Shown here piece after piece: positions 1 to 9,049 of a DNA stretch of 64,000 nt; the stretch's first letter is position 1, and every line of letters begins with the position of its first letter. The DNA lies in the NCBI GenBank assembly GCA_965202855.1, contig CBDBBP010000001.1:1125649-1189648 (forward strand), given 5' to 3'. Below the pieces are notes generated by a model. It did not search any database, was not told the origin of the DNA, and saw nothing but the letters and a program-made list of their open reading frames with translations. Origin of the DNA: Arenicellales bacterium (lineage in GTDB: Bacteria > Pseudomonadota > Gammaproteobacteria > Arenicellales > JAJDZL01). The position numbers and the translations under genes were made by a program.

Positions 1-632
1 ACGGACTGTTTGGCGCTGGCGATGCTCTCGGTGGTACAGCTCACGCGTTTTCATCCGGTTCTTTTACCGAGGGCCGGCTGGCGGCGAAAGCAGCCGTGAG
101 ATTCGTTCGCGACTACGCCAATGACGATGTCAGGATTTCAAAAAGACAATACGAAGATCTCAAAACTGTCATTTACAAGCCGCTTGAGACATTTGCGGTC
201 GGACGCAACGAAATCGTTGGAGGCACTGTTTCACCTAGTTACATCCTGCCAATGCATGGTCTGCAGAGACTCGAAAAAATCATGGATGAATACGCAGGCG
301 GCATTAGCAATCACTACATGACCAACGAACCGCTTTTGCGTCGCGGCTTGCACCTGATTCATACTCTGCAGGAAGATTTCGAATGTATTGGAGCTGAAGA
401 CCTGCACCAACTACAGCGCGCATGGGAACTGTCACATCGAATCACTGCCTCTGAAAGCGTGATCCGTCATACTCTATTCCGTGAGGAAACTCGATGGCCT
501 GGATACTACTATCGTGGAGACTTCATGAAGCTGGATGACGATAACTGGCACGTGCTGACTCTGTCGCATCGGGATCCGCAATCCGGCGAGTGGACTATGG
601 AAAAAGCACCGGTCTATCATATCGTCGACTGA
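1..632 (+). CDS. aprA: adenylylsulfate (APS) reductase alpha subunit, C-terminal ~210 codons; 5' end outside window
   Basis: Frame is open from nt 3 (GLFGAGDALGGTAHAFSSGSFTEGRLAAKAAVRFVRDY...) and continuous with listed ORF 96..632. Flavoprotein motif GAGDA..H.FSSGS.TEGR.AAKAA and REETRWPGYYYR match my recollection of AprA C-termini. Stop at 630-632. Confidence 0.75.
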   Translation, partial: GLFGAGDALGGTAHAFSSGSFTEGRLAAKAAVRFVRDYANDDVRISKRQYEDLKTVIYKPLETFAVGRNEIVGGTVSPSYILPMHGLQRLEKIMDEYAGGISNHYMTNEPLLRRGLHLIHTLQEDFECIGAEDLHQLQRAWELSHRITASESVIRHTLFREETRWPGYYYRGDFMKLDDDNWHVLTLSHRDPQSGEWTMEKAPVYHIVD

Positions 633-805
633 TTCCTCGTAAAATGCGGACGGATGGGCAGCTGCCTCCGGTATTGTTGTCGAAAAATATTGCGCGCACG
701 TTTTTGAGCCTGTAACTCTACTGACACAGGTGTCAGGACGACACTGATCGAGACGTTTGCTGCTAAATTGCTTTTTCGGATCAATCTCAAATTTTATCTA
801 TATGT

Positions 806-2419
806 ATGGTTGAGTCCAATGCGTTCGGTTTCGCCGAACTAGAAGCAGTTGCCAAGGAAAGCGATGCTTTACCGGCAATATCTAACGTAATTCGCGCCAA
901 CATTACTTCAGACGTACAGCCCACTCGCTTGCAAGGTCTTGTGAAATCAGGAGCCATGCGGTTGACTTGCGTTCGAGATAATCTGGAATTGCTTTCCAGC
1001 GACCTCACAACGAACGAAAAACTAGCTAGTACTGCGAAAAATCTCAAATGCCTGCTTGAAGACGGCAAATGCAATTCATTGGATAATTTCGCGGCTCAGC
1101 TTGACGCATTGGAGCGACTCGCCACAACGAGCGAGCCTTTTGCACTTGCGACTGTGCTCAAGTGTCAAGCACTGGTAGCTGCATCAGTGCAAAATTATTT
1201 ATCAGCGGCTGACCTTTGTAAGAAAAGTGCCAGTATTCAGGGTCTTGCCATTGAGCAGAAATGGCATCTTATTCATTTACAGACTCAATTGCTGATGGAC
1301 TATGGGAGAGAGTTTAACGATGATGGGGCAGTTCTGGCATCAATCGATTTGCTGAAAAATGAGATTCTGCCGTTGGCAGAAGAGTCGGAAAGCGCCGAAT
1401 TTCTGGCAGCAAGCTTTGCCACGCTAGGGAAAGTGCTTGGCATGATCGGACAACGCCGAAGGGGCACACGCTACTTGGAAGATGCAATCAACGCTTTTCG
1501 CGAGGCATTGAGACGATTTGATCCCGAGTCGACGCCAATGCAATGGGCGAACACACAGAATGGATTCGGAAATGCACTGGGTTGGCTAGGACAGCGTTCG
1601 GCGGACAATGCCCTTCTTCAGCAATCAATCGAAGCATTCGAACAGGCGCTTACGAAACAAAATGAGGAGTTATGTGCGTATAACTGGGCATCCACTATGA
1701 ACAATATGGCTGCAGTTCTGCAAACGCTTGGTCGCAAAGAAAATAATCCGAGGATACTCAAACGTTCAGTGGAATCCTATAAAGCAGTGCTGCGAGTTTG
1801 GACCCGGGCAACTGTGCCGCTGGATTGGGCAACGACTATGGATAATCTCGGAACTGCGCTTCGCAATCTTGGGGAGCATCGTAGAGGTCCAGGCACGCTG
1901 AAGCAGGCTGTGGCAGCTTACAAAAGCGCACTGGCTGAACGTACTCGCGAACTGGTTCCGGACGAATGGGCCATGACTCACAACAATCTCGGTGCTGCAT
2001 TGCATAAACTTGCCCAACGGGAGGAAAATCCAGAAATTTTGGAAAGTGCCACTGAAGCGTACGAAAATTCCTTGGCAGAGTGGACCCGTGAGAAAGCGCC
2101 GATGACCTGGGCAATGACGATGGCGAACTTGGGAGTAGCTAGACGAGAACTTGCGGAAATGACCGGGGATATTCAAACAGCGAAAAAGGCACTCGAAGAA
2201 ATCCAATGCGCTGTCGATATTTTTCGGTCAGCCAGTCATGCGCAATATACGGAACTTGGCGAGGAGCAACATTTAAAAGCGCGTTTGCTGCTGGATTCGC
2301 TAGCTGCAGGGACCGATTGCAACAATGTCGACAGCGATTCTTCCGGTGTAGATGATTGCTCCATTGAAGGAGGAGAAAAAAGGGTTGCAGAAAAGCTTGA
2401 TGTGAATGAAGCCGGCTAA
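806..2419 (+). CDS. tetratricopeptide (TPR_12-like) repeat protein, 537 aa
   Basis: At least five ~42-aa repeats in register: PMQWANTQNGFGNALGWLG, YNWASTMNNMAAVLQTLG, PLDWATTMDNLGTALRNLG, PDEWAMTHNNLGAALHKLA, PMTWAMTMANLGVARRELA. N-terminal ~230 aa unassigned. Confidence 0.7.
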   Translation: MVESNAFGFAELEAVAKESDALPAISNVIRANITSDVQPTRLQGLVKSGAMRLTCVRDNLELLSSDLTTNEKLASTAKNLKCLLEDGKCNSLDNFAAQLDALERLATTSEPFALATVLKCQALVAASVQNYLSAADLCKKSASIQGLAIEQKWHLIHLQTQLLMDYGREFNDDGAVLASIDLLKNEILPLAEESESAEFLAASFATLGKVLGMIGQRRRGTRYLEDAINAFREALRRFDPESTPMQWANTQNGFGNALGWLGQRSADNALLQQSIEAFEQALTKQNEELCAYNWASTMNNMAAVLQTLGRKENNPRILKRSVESYKAVLRVWTRATVPLDWATTMDNLGTALRNLGEHRRGPGTLKQAVAAYKSALAERTRELVPDEWAMTHNNLGAALHKLAQREENPEILESATEAYENSLAEWTREKAPMTWAMTMANLGVARRELAEMTGDIQTAKKALEEIQCAVDIFRSASHAQYTELGEEQHLKARLLLDSLAAGTDCNNVDSDSSGVDDCSIEGGEKRVAEKLDVNEAG

Positions 2420-2703
2420 GCAGCATCTTGTCCCTAGACTTGGGGCAATTGGCGTAAATGAGGCAAAAGCAGGGTATGACATGTCATCTTGTTAGCATGC
2501 AATTTTGTAGTTCAGCGTTGTTGAACTGATTGTGATTGAATTTGAAGCGACAGGATGGGTTATCGTCAAGTCGGCGCAGTCGATGTTTTGAGCTGGCTTA
2601 TGACTGTGGCACGTAGGGAGTGTCCGGCAGTTTGAACCGATGCCCGAGATAGTGCCAGAATCAGATTTTTAGTATGTGGCAGATTTTCAGCAGTGAGAGC
2701 TCG

Positions 2704-2720
2704 CCCCCCCCCCCCCCCCC
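2704..2720. repeat. 17-nt homopolymeric C tract (poly-G on minus strand)
   Basis: Direct count: tcg + 17 C + gtgg. Lies in a ~1-kb stretch (2430-3480) with only short mutually overlapping ORFs. Confidence 0.95.
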
Positions 2721-3487
2721 GTGGTTGGCAGCTGCCAAGTCTGCAGGTGACGGCCAATACTTTGCGCCGAATGACCTGAGCGAGAATGTGATTTTCGGTC
2801 AGATTGTTGTGCAAAGGTGTATGCGGATAATCCAGACCTAGAGCAGTTCGGACTTGTTTTTGTAAAGATGTTGCAGTAGCAGGTTTAACGAGTGGCAGCA
2901 TTTTTTGTCGTTGAATATGTGATCGAACTTCTGGCGCAGCGATTCACGCCGCTCTGGGTACGGGCGTTGGCCGGACAAGTTTTGGAGCTATGGCTACGGA
3001 ATCTTTCGGCGGGAGTTATTGGACGGATGCGAAAGTGGCATGGTCTGAAGCACAAGGTGAAGACTTTGAAATCCGTACGTTTCCCAGACGGCAGATCACA
3101 TCGTGAGTATGGTCTGGAACATCAGGTGTCGAAGATGAAATACCTGCCGTGGGTGAAGGCATGTTCTCGTCGGCAAGCTGGATGCGGGAGATCCTCACGT
3201 CTGGATTGACGACCGAGGGAGAGGAAACGCGGTCTAGGAAAAGCCTTAGACACCGACTAAAGGCAAACCCTCGGCAACTGTCAATCTCTTTTCCTAAAAT
3301 CGAGAACAGCTCCCCTTGACTCCACCAGTTATGACCTAATCTCGTTGAATTAGTCTTCTGTACTATGCCATCAGAGATGAGAGGTGGCAGGTGTTGCCTT
3401 GATCAATCTAAATATCCAAATTAAGCTCAAATGAGGACTACTTCATACACCAGTAAATTTCTGACACTATGCATTCTACACTTGAAT

Positions 3488-4081
3488 TTACAATTTGAGC
3501 AGTCGGCGTAGAGTTTCTGCACGTTTTGACTTCAACTCAAGCAAACGGCGATAGACTTGATCACGAGGGTTGCTAATCGGACTGAAGTAATTCCATTGTA
3601 ATTTATCGTAACCGTTTGGCTTTTTGTCGACAGATTCTTCTTTTGGACACCAACCATACTTCGACAGTGCGTGGTATCGGAGAACTTCAGTCAGCGGTCC
3701 TTTTTTATCCGATAAACTGCCCAAACATTCCGGCATCATAACTAGGTTTGCAACATGAGTATATGCTTCTGGATCTTTCGATTTGTTCCAGACATGAGCG
3801 AATGTCCATCCACCTAGTGGAAATGTACTCCCTAAGTAACCATGAGCCCAGAGTAATGCCCACCTTGGCGCAGTGTTATCGTCGTACATAACAGGTTTTC
3901 CGTCGATTGTTCCCTCTTTGAAGCGTCTTTTGGCGTATCTGACAACCGGAAAGACCGCTCCGTTCAACTGGCTGACAACGTAAGGGTGGGGCAGTACACA
4001 GTAACGCGCAGCCACTCGAATAATTATGGCCGCATCATCTGGCTTTAAAGTTGGGTTATAGATGATCTTTTTTAATGACAT
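3488..4081 (-). CDS. hypothetical protein, 197 aa, possible divergent HNH-type nuclease motif
   Basis: Clean ORF in an AT-rich patch, divergent from the AbiE pair. Segment WTFAHVWNKSKDPEAYTHVANLVMMPECLGSLSD resembles the AH(I/V)-x(10-14)-N(G/L)L-x-L-P pattern of HNH_2-type nucleases. Weak, by eye only. Confidence 0.5.
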   Translation of the reverse strand: MSLKKIIYNPTLKPDDAAIIIRVAARYCVLPHPYVVSQLNGAVFPVVRYAKRRFKEGTIDGKPVMYDDNTAPRWALLWAHGYLGSTFPLGGWTFAHVWNKSKDPEAYTHVANLVMMPECLGSLSDKKGPLTEVLRYHALSKYGWCPKEESVDKKPNGYDKLQWNYFSPISNPRDQVYRRLLELKSKRAETLRRLLKL

Positions 4082-4315
4082 TTTTGTTTCGCTTGGAAGC
4101 CGTTGATCTAATTCCAGGCATTGGCTTGTTTTTCTTGATCGAACGACTATGGAATGAAAAAACTGCCGTTTCGAATGTTGAATTGATCGTAAAGAACCTT
4201 CGGAACAACCAAACTACTAAAGAGCAGCAGAAAACAGACGTGAAGCACTGATATCAACAGTAATATTAAATAATAATACTATTATTGTATACATATTGAA
4301 TCAAGCAACATAAAT

Positions 4316-4849
4316 ATGAATTTTGCTTCGGCTTTGAAATCCTTGCATGAATTAGATGTTAAAGGGCGGTACGTCTATACATCGAAAGACCTGGCAAAAA
4401 TTTTTTCAGACGACAGACGCCACGCGTTTCAAGCTGGATTAAAACGTCTCGTGAAAAACGGAATGCTGCAACGCGCAGCCCGAGGTGTCTACGTTTTTGC
4501 GTACTCTAGAAACATTAATGCAGACACCGTGGAGTTAATTGCAAAAACGTTGCGACGCGGTCACTACAGCTATGTCAGTTTGGAATCGGCACTGTCTTTA
4601 TACGGCGCAATTTCCCAAGTCCCAGTTGATCGTTTAACTGTCATGACTACAGGACGCGAAGGAGTATTCAAAACTCCTTTCGGTGTAATCGAGTTCACAC
4701 ATACTAAACGTTCTGTTTCAGAGATCATTGGAAATGTGATTCAAACAGACCGGCCACTTAGAATCGCGACAAGAAGAACTGCATATCGAGACCTTAAGAG
4801 AGTAGGACGTAATGTCCATCTAGTTGACGAGTCAGAGATTTATGAATAA
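4316..4849 (+). CDS. type IV toxin-antitoxin system AbiEi-family antitoxin
   Basis: 177 aa. Overlaps the downstream nucleotidyltransferase gene by 8 nt. N-terminal winged-helix-like region (LKRLVKNGMLQRAARGVYVF) and SLESALSLYG motif are typical of AbiEi. Confidence 0.75.
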   Translation: MNFASALKSLHELDVKGRYVYTSKDLAKIFSDDRRHAFQAGLKRLVKNGMLQRAARGVYVFAYSRNINADTVELIAKTLRRGHYSYVSLESALSLYGAISQVPVDRLTVMTTGREGVFKTPFGVIEFTHTKRSVSEIIGNVIQTDRPLRIATRRTAYRDLKRVGRNVHLVDESEIYE

Positions 4850-5732
4850 CCGCCAGAACGAGTTTGTTCAATTGGTTAATCGTGCTGTGAGCGATTCCAA
4901 ATTGAGCCATATGCGTAATGCGATCGAAAAAGAACTGCTGAATTACAACATCCTGTTCTGTCTCGAACAACATGGTCTATTGGATAATATTGTTTTTCAA
5001 GGTGGTACATTGCTTCGTTTGGGGCACGGTGGTGAGCGACTTAGCGAAAATTTGGATTTTGTTGCTGGAGCGAATTTTGCTCCGTCAGATCTTAGTCCGA
5101 TCAAAATTAGAATCGAGAACTTCTTATTCGAGAGATATGGGTTAGCGGTCGATGTAAAAGAGCCCCAAAAAGCGTCTAGAAATGTCGAAAGCCGAGGCAT
5201 GTCAGTAAACCGGTGGCAAGTCAATGCCGCCATAAATCCAGAGCGAAGGGATTTACCCAAACAGCGCGTCAAATTTGAAGTTGCAAATGTACCTGCACAT
5301 ACGAAGGAAATTGTCTCGATTCGTGCCCACTACGATTTTTTGCCGGATGGATACGACGATGTTTTGATCGTTTCAGAGACTTTAAATGAGGTTATGGCTG
5401 ATAAGCTAATTTCGTTGCCTGCAAGCAAACGCTATATCCGATATCGTGATATTTGGGATTTGTATTGGTTAGTTAAGCGACGAGCGAAAGTTGATACGAA
5501 ATTGGTAGAACAGAAAATTATTGACTGCCATTTGTTAGAGTATGTAGATTCACTGAACAATTTAATTGAGCGGCTTCCAGATATAGTGAACAGCTCTGAG
5601 TTTCACATTGAAATGCAAAAACTACTGCCAAGCGACGTATTTGACCGCACTTTACGTAAAGACAAATTTTGTGAGCACTTGCTTTTATCCGTTCAAAATT
5701 TATTTGAACAAATTCGGTATTCACTGCGCTAA
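4842..5732 (+). CDS. AbiEii/AbiGii-family nucleotidyltransferase toxin
   Basis: FQGGTLLRLGHGGERLSENLDF matches the GG(T)AL...RFSEDLDF signature. ATG at 4842 overlaps the AbiEi stop (4847-4849). The listed ORF starts at 4824. Confidence 0.8.
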   Translation: MNNRQNEFVQLVNRAVSDSKLSHMRNAIEKELLNYNILFCLEQHGLLDNIVFQGGTLLRLGHGGERLSENLDFVAGANFAPSDLSPIKIRIENFLFERYGLAVDVKEPQKASRNVESRGMSVNRWQVNAAINPERRDLPKQRVKFEVANVPAHTKEIVSIRAHYDFLPDGYDDVLIVSETLNEVMADKLISLPASKRYIRYRDIWDLYWLVKRRAKVDTKLVEQKIIDCHLLEYVDSLNNLIERLPDIVNSSEFHIEMQKLLPSDVFDRTLRKDKFCEHLLLSVQNLFEQIRYSLR

Positions 5733-6538
5733 TTGTGCTGGTGTTTGCGTTAAAACCCTGTGGACTCGAATGGTCACGGTAGGGAAGCAGGTAGCCGTAG
5801 AGATCCGTATGTGCGCCTTAACGCATGCGACTCCAACCAGGATCAGTCAGAAGCAAACTGAACATCAGCCCGCCGTATCTGCGCAACCGTCCGTGACGAG
5901 CGCGTACGTAAAAGAGGCAAAGCTGGGGTATGGCAAATTATCCTGAGGGGTCGCCGTAAATTAAATTGCGGGAGTGACGTTGGCGGAAGTTATCCTTACC
6001 GTAGGCGTGGAGTCAGGGGCGTTTTTTCCATTTTTGCTACACTTTCGAAAATACTGCACGGCAATCAAATAAAAGAATGGAGAGCAAATTGACAATAGAC
6101 CGCGTACCCCTTTCCTCCAACAGACGTAGATGAAGGGAGGTTTGTCAGCGTGGCTTTGTCCTGATATTCAGTCAGCTCTTCAGCCCCGCAATCTAAGCCC
6201 AATCTGGTGTCCTCGGCTGAGTTTGAATGCAGACAAAACCTGCTCAAGAGTCCCCCACCGCCTGATGTCGCCGCCATCGCCAAAGGAACACATTTATCGT
6301 TCCAGGTGAATTGACTTCATTCGTCGGCGTGAATTTCTGCTAAATTTAGAGGGTACCTGCGGGGCCGGAAGACGTTATTTTCAATGGTGATCTAAATTCC
6401 TGATCAAAAGTTTGGTCCATTCCACAAGCAACATTCTTCGCTGATGGAACATCTTTGATGTGACCTCGTTAGAGAGATTGCATGATTCAACTGTGGATTG
6501 CCCGGTACACTTTGAACAACTTCAAAAAGGAGTAAAGC

Positions 6539-7414
6539 ATGAATACAAACAGCACGGTTCAGGGTCAGTCCGATGAGGCTCGCGGTGTTCGCAGCAAGGC
6601 GACCGTCATGGAAGTGAAATATCCCCGCTGTGCCGGCATCGACATTGCCAAGAGCGAGCATTGGGTGGCGCTGCCGGCGAAGGTTGACGGCGAGCATAGA
6701 GTCCGCCGATTCAGCGGTCTCACCCAGGATCTAAAGGAATTGTCGAGTTGGCTGACGCAACATGAAATCGAGCAGGTAGCGATGGAAGCGAACGGGGTCT
6801 ACTGGATTTCGCCCTACGAACTGCTGGACCGGGACGGCTTCGAGGTGTGGCTGGTCAATCCGCTGCAGACACAGCCTCGCGATCAGCGCAAAAGTGATGC
6901 CTTGGACTGTCAGTGGATCCAGCAGATGATGAGTTACGGTCTGTTTAATGTGTCGCATCGACCGCAGGACCAGGTGTGCGTGTTGCGTGCTTATGTGAGA
7001 CTCTATCAACGTATGATGCATGATCGCAATCGTCATTTTCGGCGAATGCAGAAGTCACTGCACGATATGAATGTTCATTTGGACATGGTGCTCAGTGACA
7101 TCAGCGGCAAGACCGGAATGCGGATTATCGATGCGATCTTGGACGGCGAGCGAGACGGCGATGAGTTGGCGAAGTTGTGTGACGTTCGAGTCAAGGCCAG
7201 CGAAAAGAAGGTTTCAGCCGCGCTGCAGGGCAATTGGCGACGGGAACATTTATTCAACTTGCGCCTTGCGCTGGAAAGTTATCGTCATCTCAGTGATCAG
7301 ATGCGGCTCACCCAAATCGAGATTGATCGCACGGTACGGAAGTTGACACTCTCGAGTGACGTCGTTGACGGAGGTGTAGATTCCAATACAAAATTGACTC
7401 ACCATTCCAATTGA
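6539..7414 (+). pseudogene. IS110-family transposase, N-terminal DEDD (RuvC-like) domain only; 3' part lost
   Basis: CAGIDIAKSEHWVALP, VAMEANGVYW and KSDALDCQWIQQMM are IS110 N-domain motifs. No C-terminal PG(I/V)G...SG domain. The reading frame runs into the left end of the next IS110 copy. AAGGAG SD sits 6 nt upstream of the ATG. Confidence 0.75.
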
Positions 7415-7471
7415 AAATTGACCCTGTACCATTAGCTAAGTGATTTTCAACCAATTTCTGGCTCAATTTTA

Positions 7472-7504
7472 CTGCTGCCCCGAAGCGGAGCGCAGGGGCA
7501 GCAG
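7472..7504 (+). other. perfect 10-bp stem-loop in the IS110 left end
   Basis: CTGCTGCCCC (7472-7481), 13-nt loop, GGGGCAGCAG (7495-7504). No T-run follows. Confidence 0.8.
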
Positions 7505-7579
7505 TAGAATTTAAAATCAACAGCAGGACATTATTCATAGATGACCGAATCGCTGGTTGATTGTGAACCAAGCAGGGCA

Positions 7580-7705
7580 ATGATCGGGAGCACCAAAGTG
7601 ACCCTTGTGTCGTGAACACCCGGGGTGGACCTGTGCCCCGATCACTTGCCACGATGGAGGCCCAGTAGGATGTTTGTGCCGGAGAGCACCAGTACAGGGG
7701 AGGAT
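7580..7705 (+). ncRNA. candidate IS110 bridge-RNA-like non-coding module (copy 2)
   Basis: Conserved with 27427-27545 (GxTCGGGAGCACC...TGGACxTGTGCCCCGA...GTTTGTGCC...GAGCACC). Contains TGACCCT (7599-7605), GGGGTGGAC (7622-7630) and GTAGGATGT (7665-7673), which match the element's left flank, right flank (antisense) and right end. Confidence 0.45.
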
Positions 7706-7758
7706 CAGCATTGTGGCAGCCCGATATTTTTTAAACGACAACTGTCAGGAGGAATGAC

Positions 7759-9012
7759 ATGGAATCATTGGACTATTTTGTAGGCGTGGACTGGGGTTCG
7801 AAAGCGCACCAGCTGTGCATCGTGGATCGGACCGGTTCGATCTGTGCACAGCGCAGTTTCGAGCACAGCGGGCGCGGCCTGAACCACATGGCGACTTGGA
7901 TTTTGGACGTCACCGAGTGCCCGCGACAGCAGCTGGGCATTGCCATTGAAACCCCGCGCGGGCCGGTGGTCGAGAGTCTGTTGGGGGCGGCCTTCAAGGT
8001 CTATTCGATCCATCCGAAACAGCTGGACCGGCTGCGCGATCGCTTCAGTTTGGCCGGGGCCAAGGATGACCGGCTCGATGCCCAGGTGCTGGCCGAATCG
8101 GTGCGATTGGACCGCCACTTGCTTCGAGAGCAGCAAGTGTTCTGCAGCGAACTGGTGCAGTTGCGCGACTGCAGCCGGCTCGATGCTCAACTGAAACAGG
8201 AAAAAGTGCGTCTGATCAACCAGATGCGGGAAGTGTTGTGGAGCTATTACCCACAGTTTATCGAGCTCTACCGCGAGCTGAGCCACCCCTGGGTGCTACA
8301 GCTGTGGAAATTGGCGTCGACGCCGCAAAAGGCAAAACGACTGCGAATCAGCAGCGTGACTCGAATCCTAAAACAGCATCAGATCCGATGCATCGATGCC
8401 GTCTCTGTCAAGAAACTTCTCAGCGAACCGTCGGTGAAGGTGACCGCAGGTACCACCCAAGGTGCCGTGTTTCAACTCGAAAGCATCATCGATCGCTTGC
8501 GCCTGGTGGTACGCCAGCTCCATCGAACCCGTCATGAAATGCAACGGCTGATCAAAGCCTATGACAAGATGCTGCGAGAAGCAGAGGAGCCCGAAGATAA
8601 AATGCGCCAGCGCGACGTGGAAATCTTAGCTTCGCTGCCTGGTGTCGGCACTGTCGTCCTCGCCACGCTGCTGGCAGAAGTTCCCGATCTCCTGCAGCAA
8701 AGAGATTATAACGCGCTGCGAGCCTACTCTGGGGTGGCGCCGGTGACCAAACGTTCCGGCAAATCCCTGGTGGTGCTCCGTCGTCGATCCGTCAACACGC
8801 AGTTGCAGAACGCCATCTATCATTGGGCTCGAATCGCCTGTCAGCATGATGCGGTCAGCAAAACCAAATACGCGGCTCTTCGAGACAGGGGGCACCGACA
8901 TGCCAGAGCTTTGCGAGGTGTGGCCGATCGGCTGCTCAAGGTGGCCTGCACAATGTTGGAAAATCAAAAAATTTTCGATCCTGATTATCCGACATTCAAA
9001 CAGGATGCATGA
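7759..9012 (+). CDS. IS110-family transposase, full length (417 aa)
   Basis: FVGVDWGSKAHQLCIVD N-terminal DEDD motif. SLPGVGTVVLATLLAEVPD and YSGVAPVTKRSGKS C-terminal motifs. AGGAGG SD 7 nt upstream. Confidence 0.9.
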   Translation: MESLDYFVGVDWGSKAHQLCIVDRTGSICAQRSFEHSGRGLNHMATWILDVTECPRQQLGIAIETPRGPVVESLLGAAFKVYSIHPKQLDRLRDRFSLAGAKDDRLDAQVLAESVRLDRHLLREQQVFCSELVQLRDCSRLDAQLKQEKVRLINQMREVLWSYYPQFIELYRELSHPWVLQLWKLASTPQKAKRLRISSVTRILKQHQIRCIDAVSVKKLLSEPSVKVTAGTTQGAVFQLESIIDRLRLVVRQLHRTRHEMQRLIKAYDKMLREAEEPEDKMRQRDVEILASLPGVGTVVLATLLAEVPDLLQQRDYNALRAYSGVAPVTKRSGKSLVVLRRRSVNTQLQNAIYHWARIACQHDAVSKTKYAALRDRGHRHARALRGVADRLLKVACTMLENQKIFDPDYPTFKQDA

Positions 9013-9049
9013 CAGATCAGAAGCAGTGACTGCAAAGTCTCTGAGTCGA

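Noticed and set aside
5811-6030. GTGCGCC at about 5811, followed by structured-looking GC-rich sequence, suggested the 5' end of a group II intron
   Set aside because: Only the GUGCG pentamer fits. I found no domain V-like 34-nt hairpin with a GNRA loop and no reverse-transcriptase ORF. The candidate stem at 5876-5915 has a 15-nt loop. Left unassigned; it may be part of the degraded IS110 copy 1 left end.
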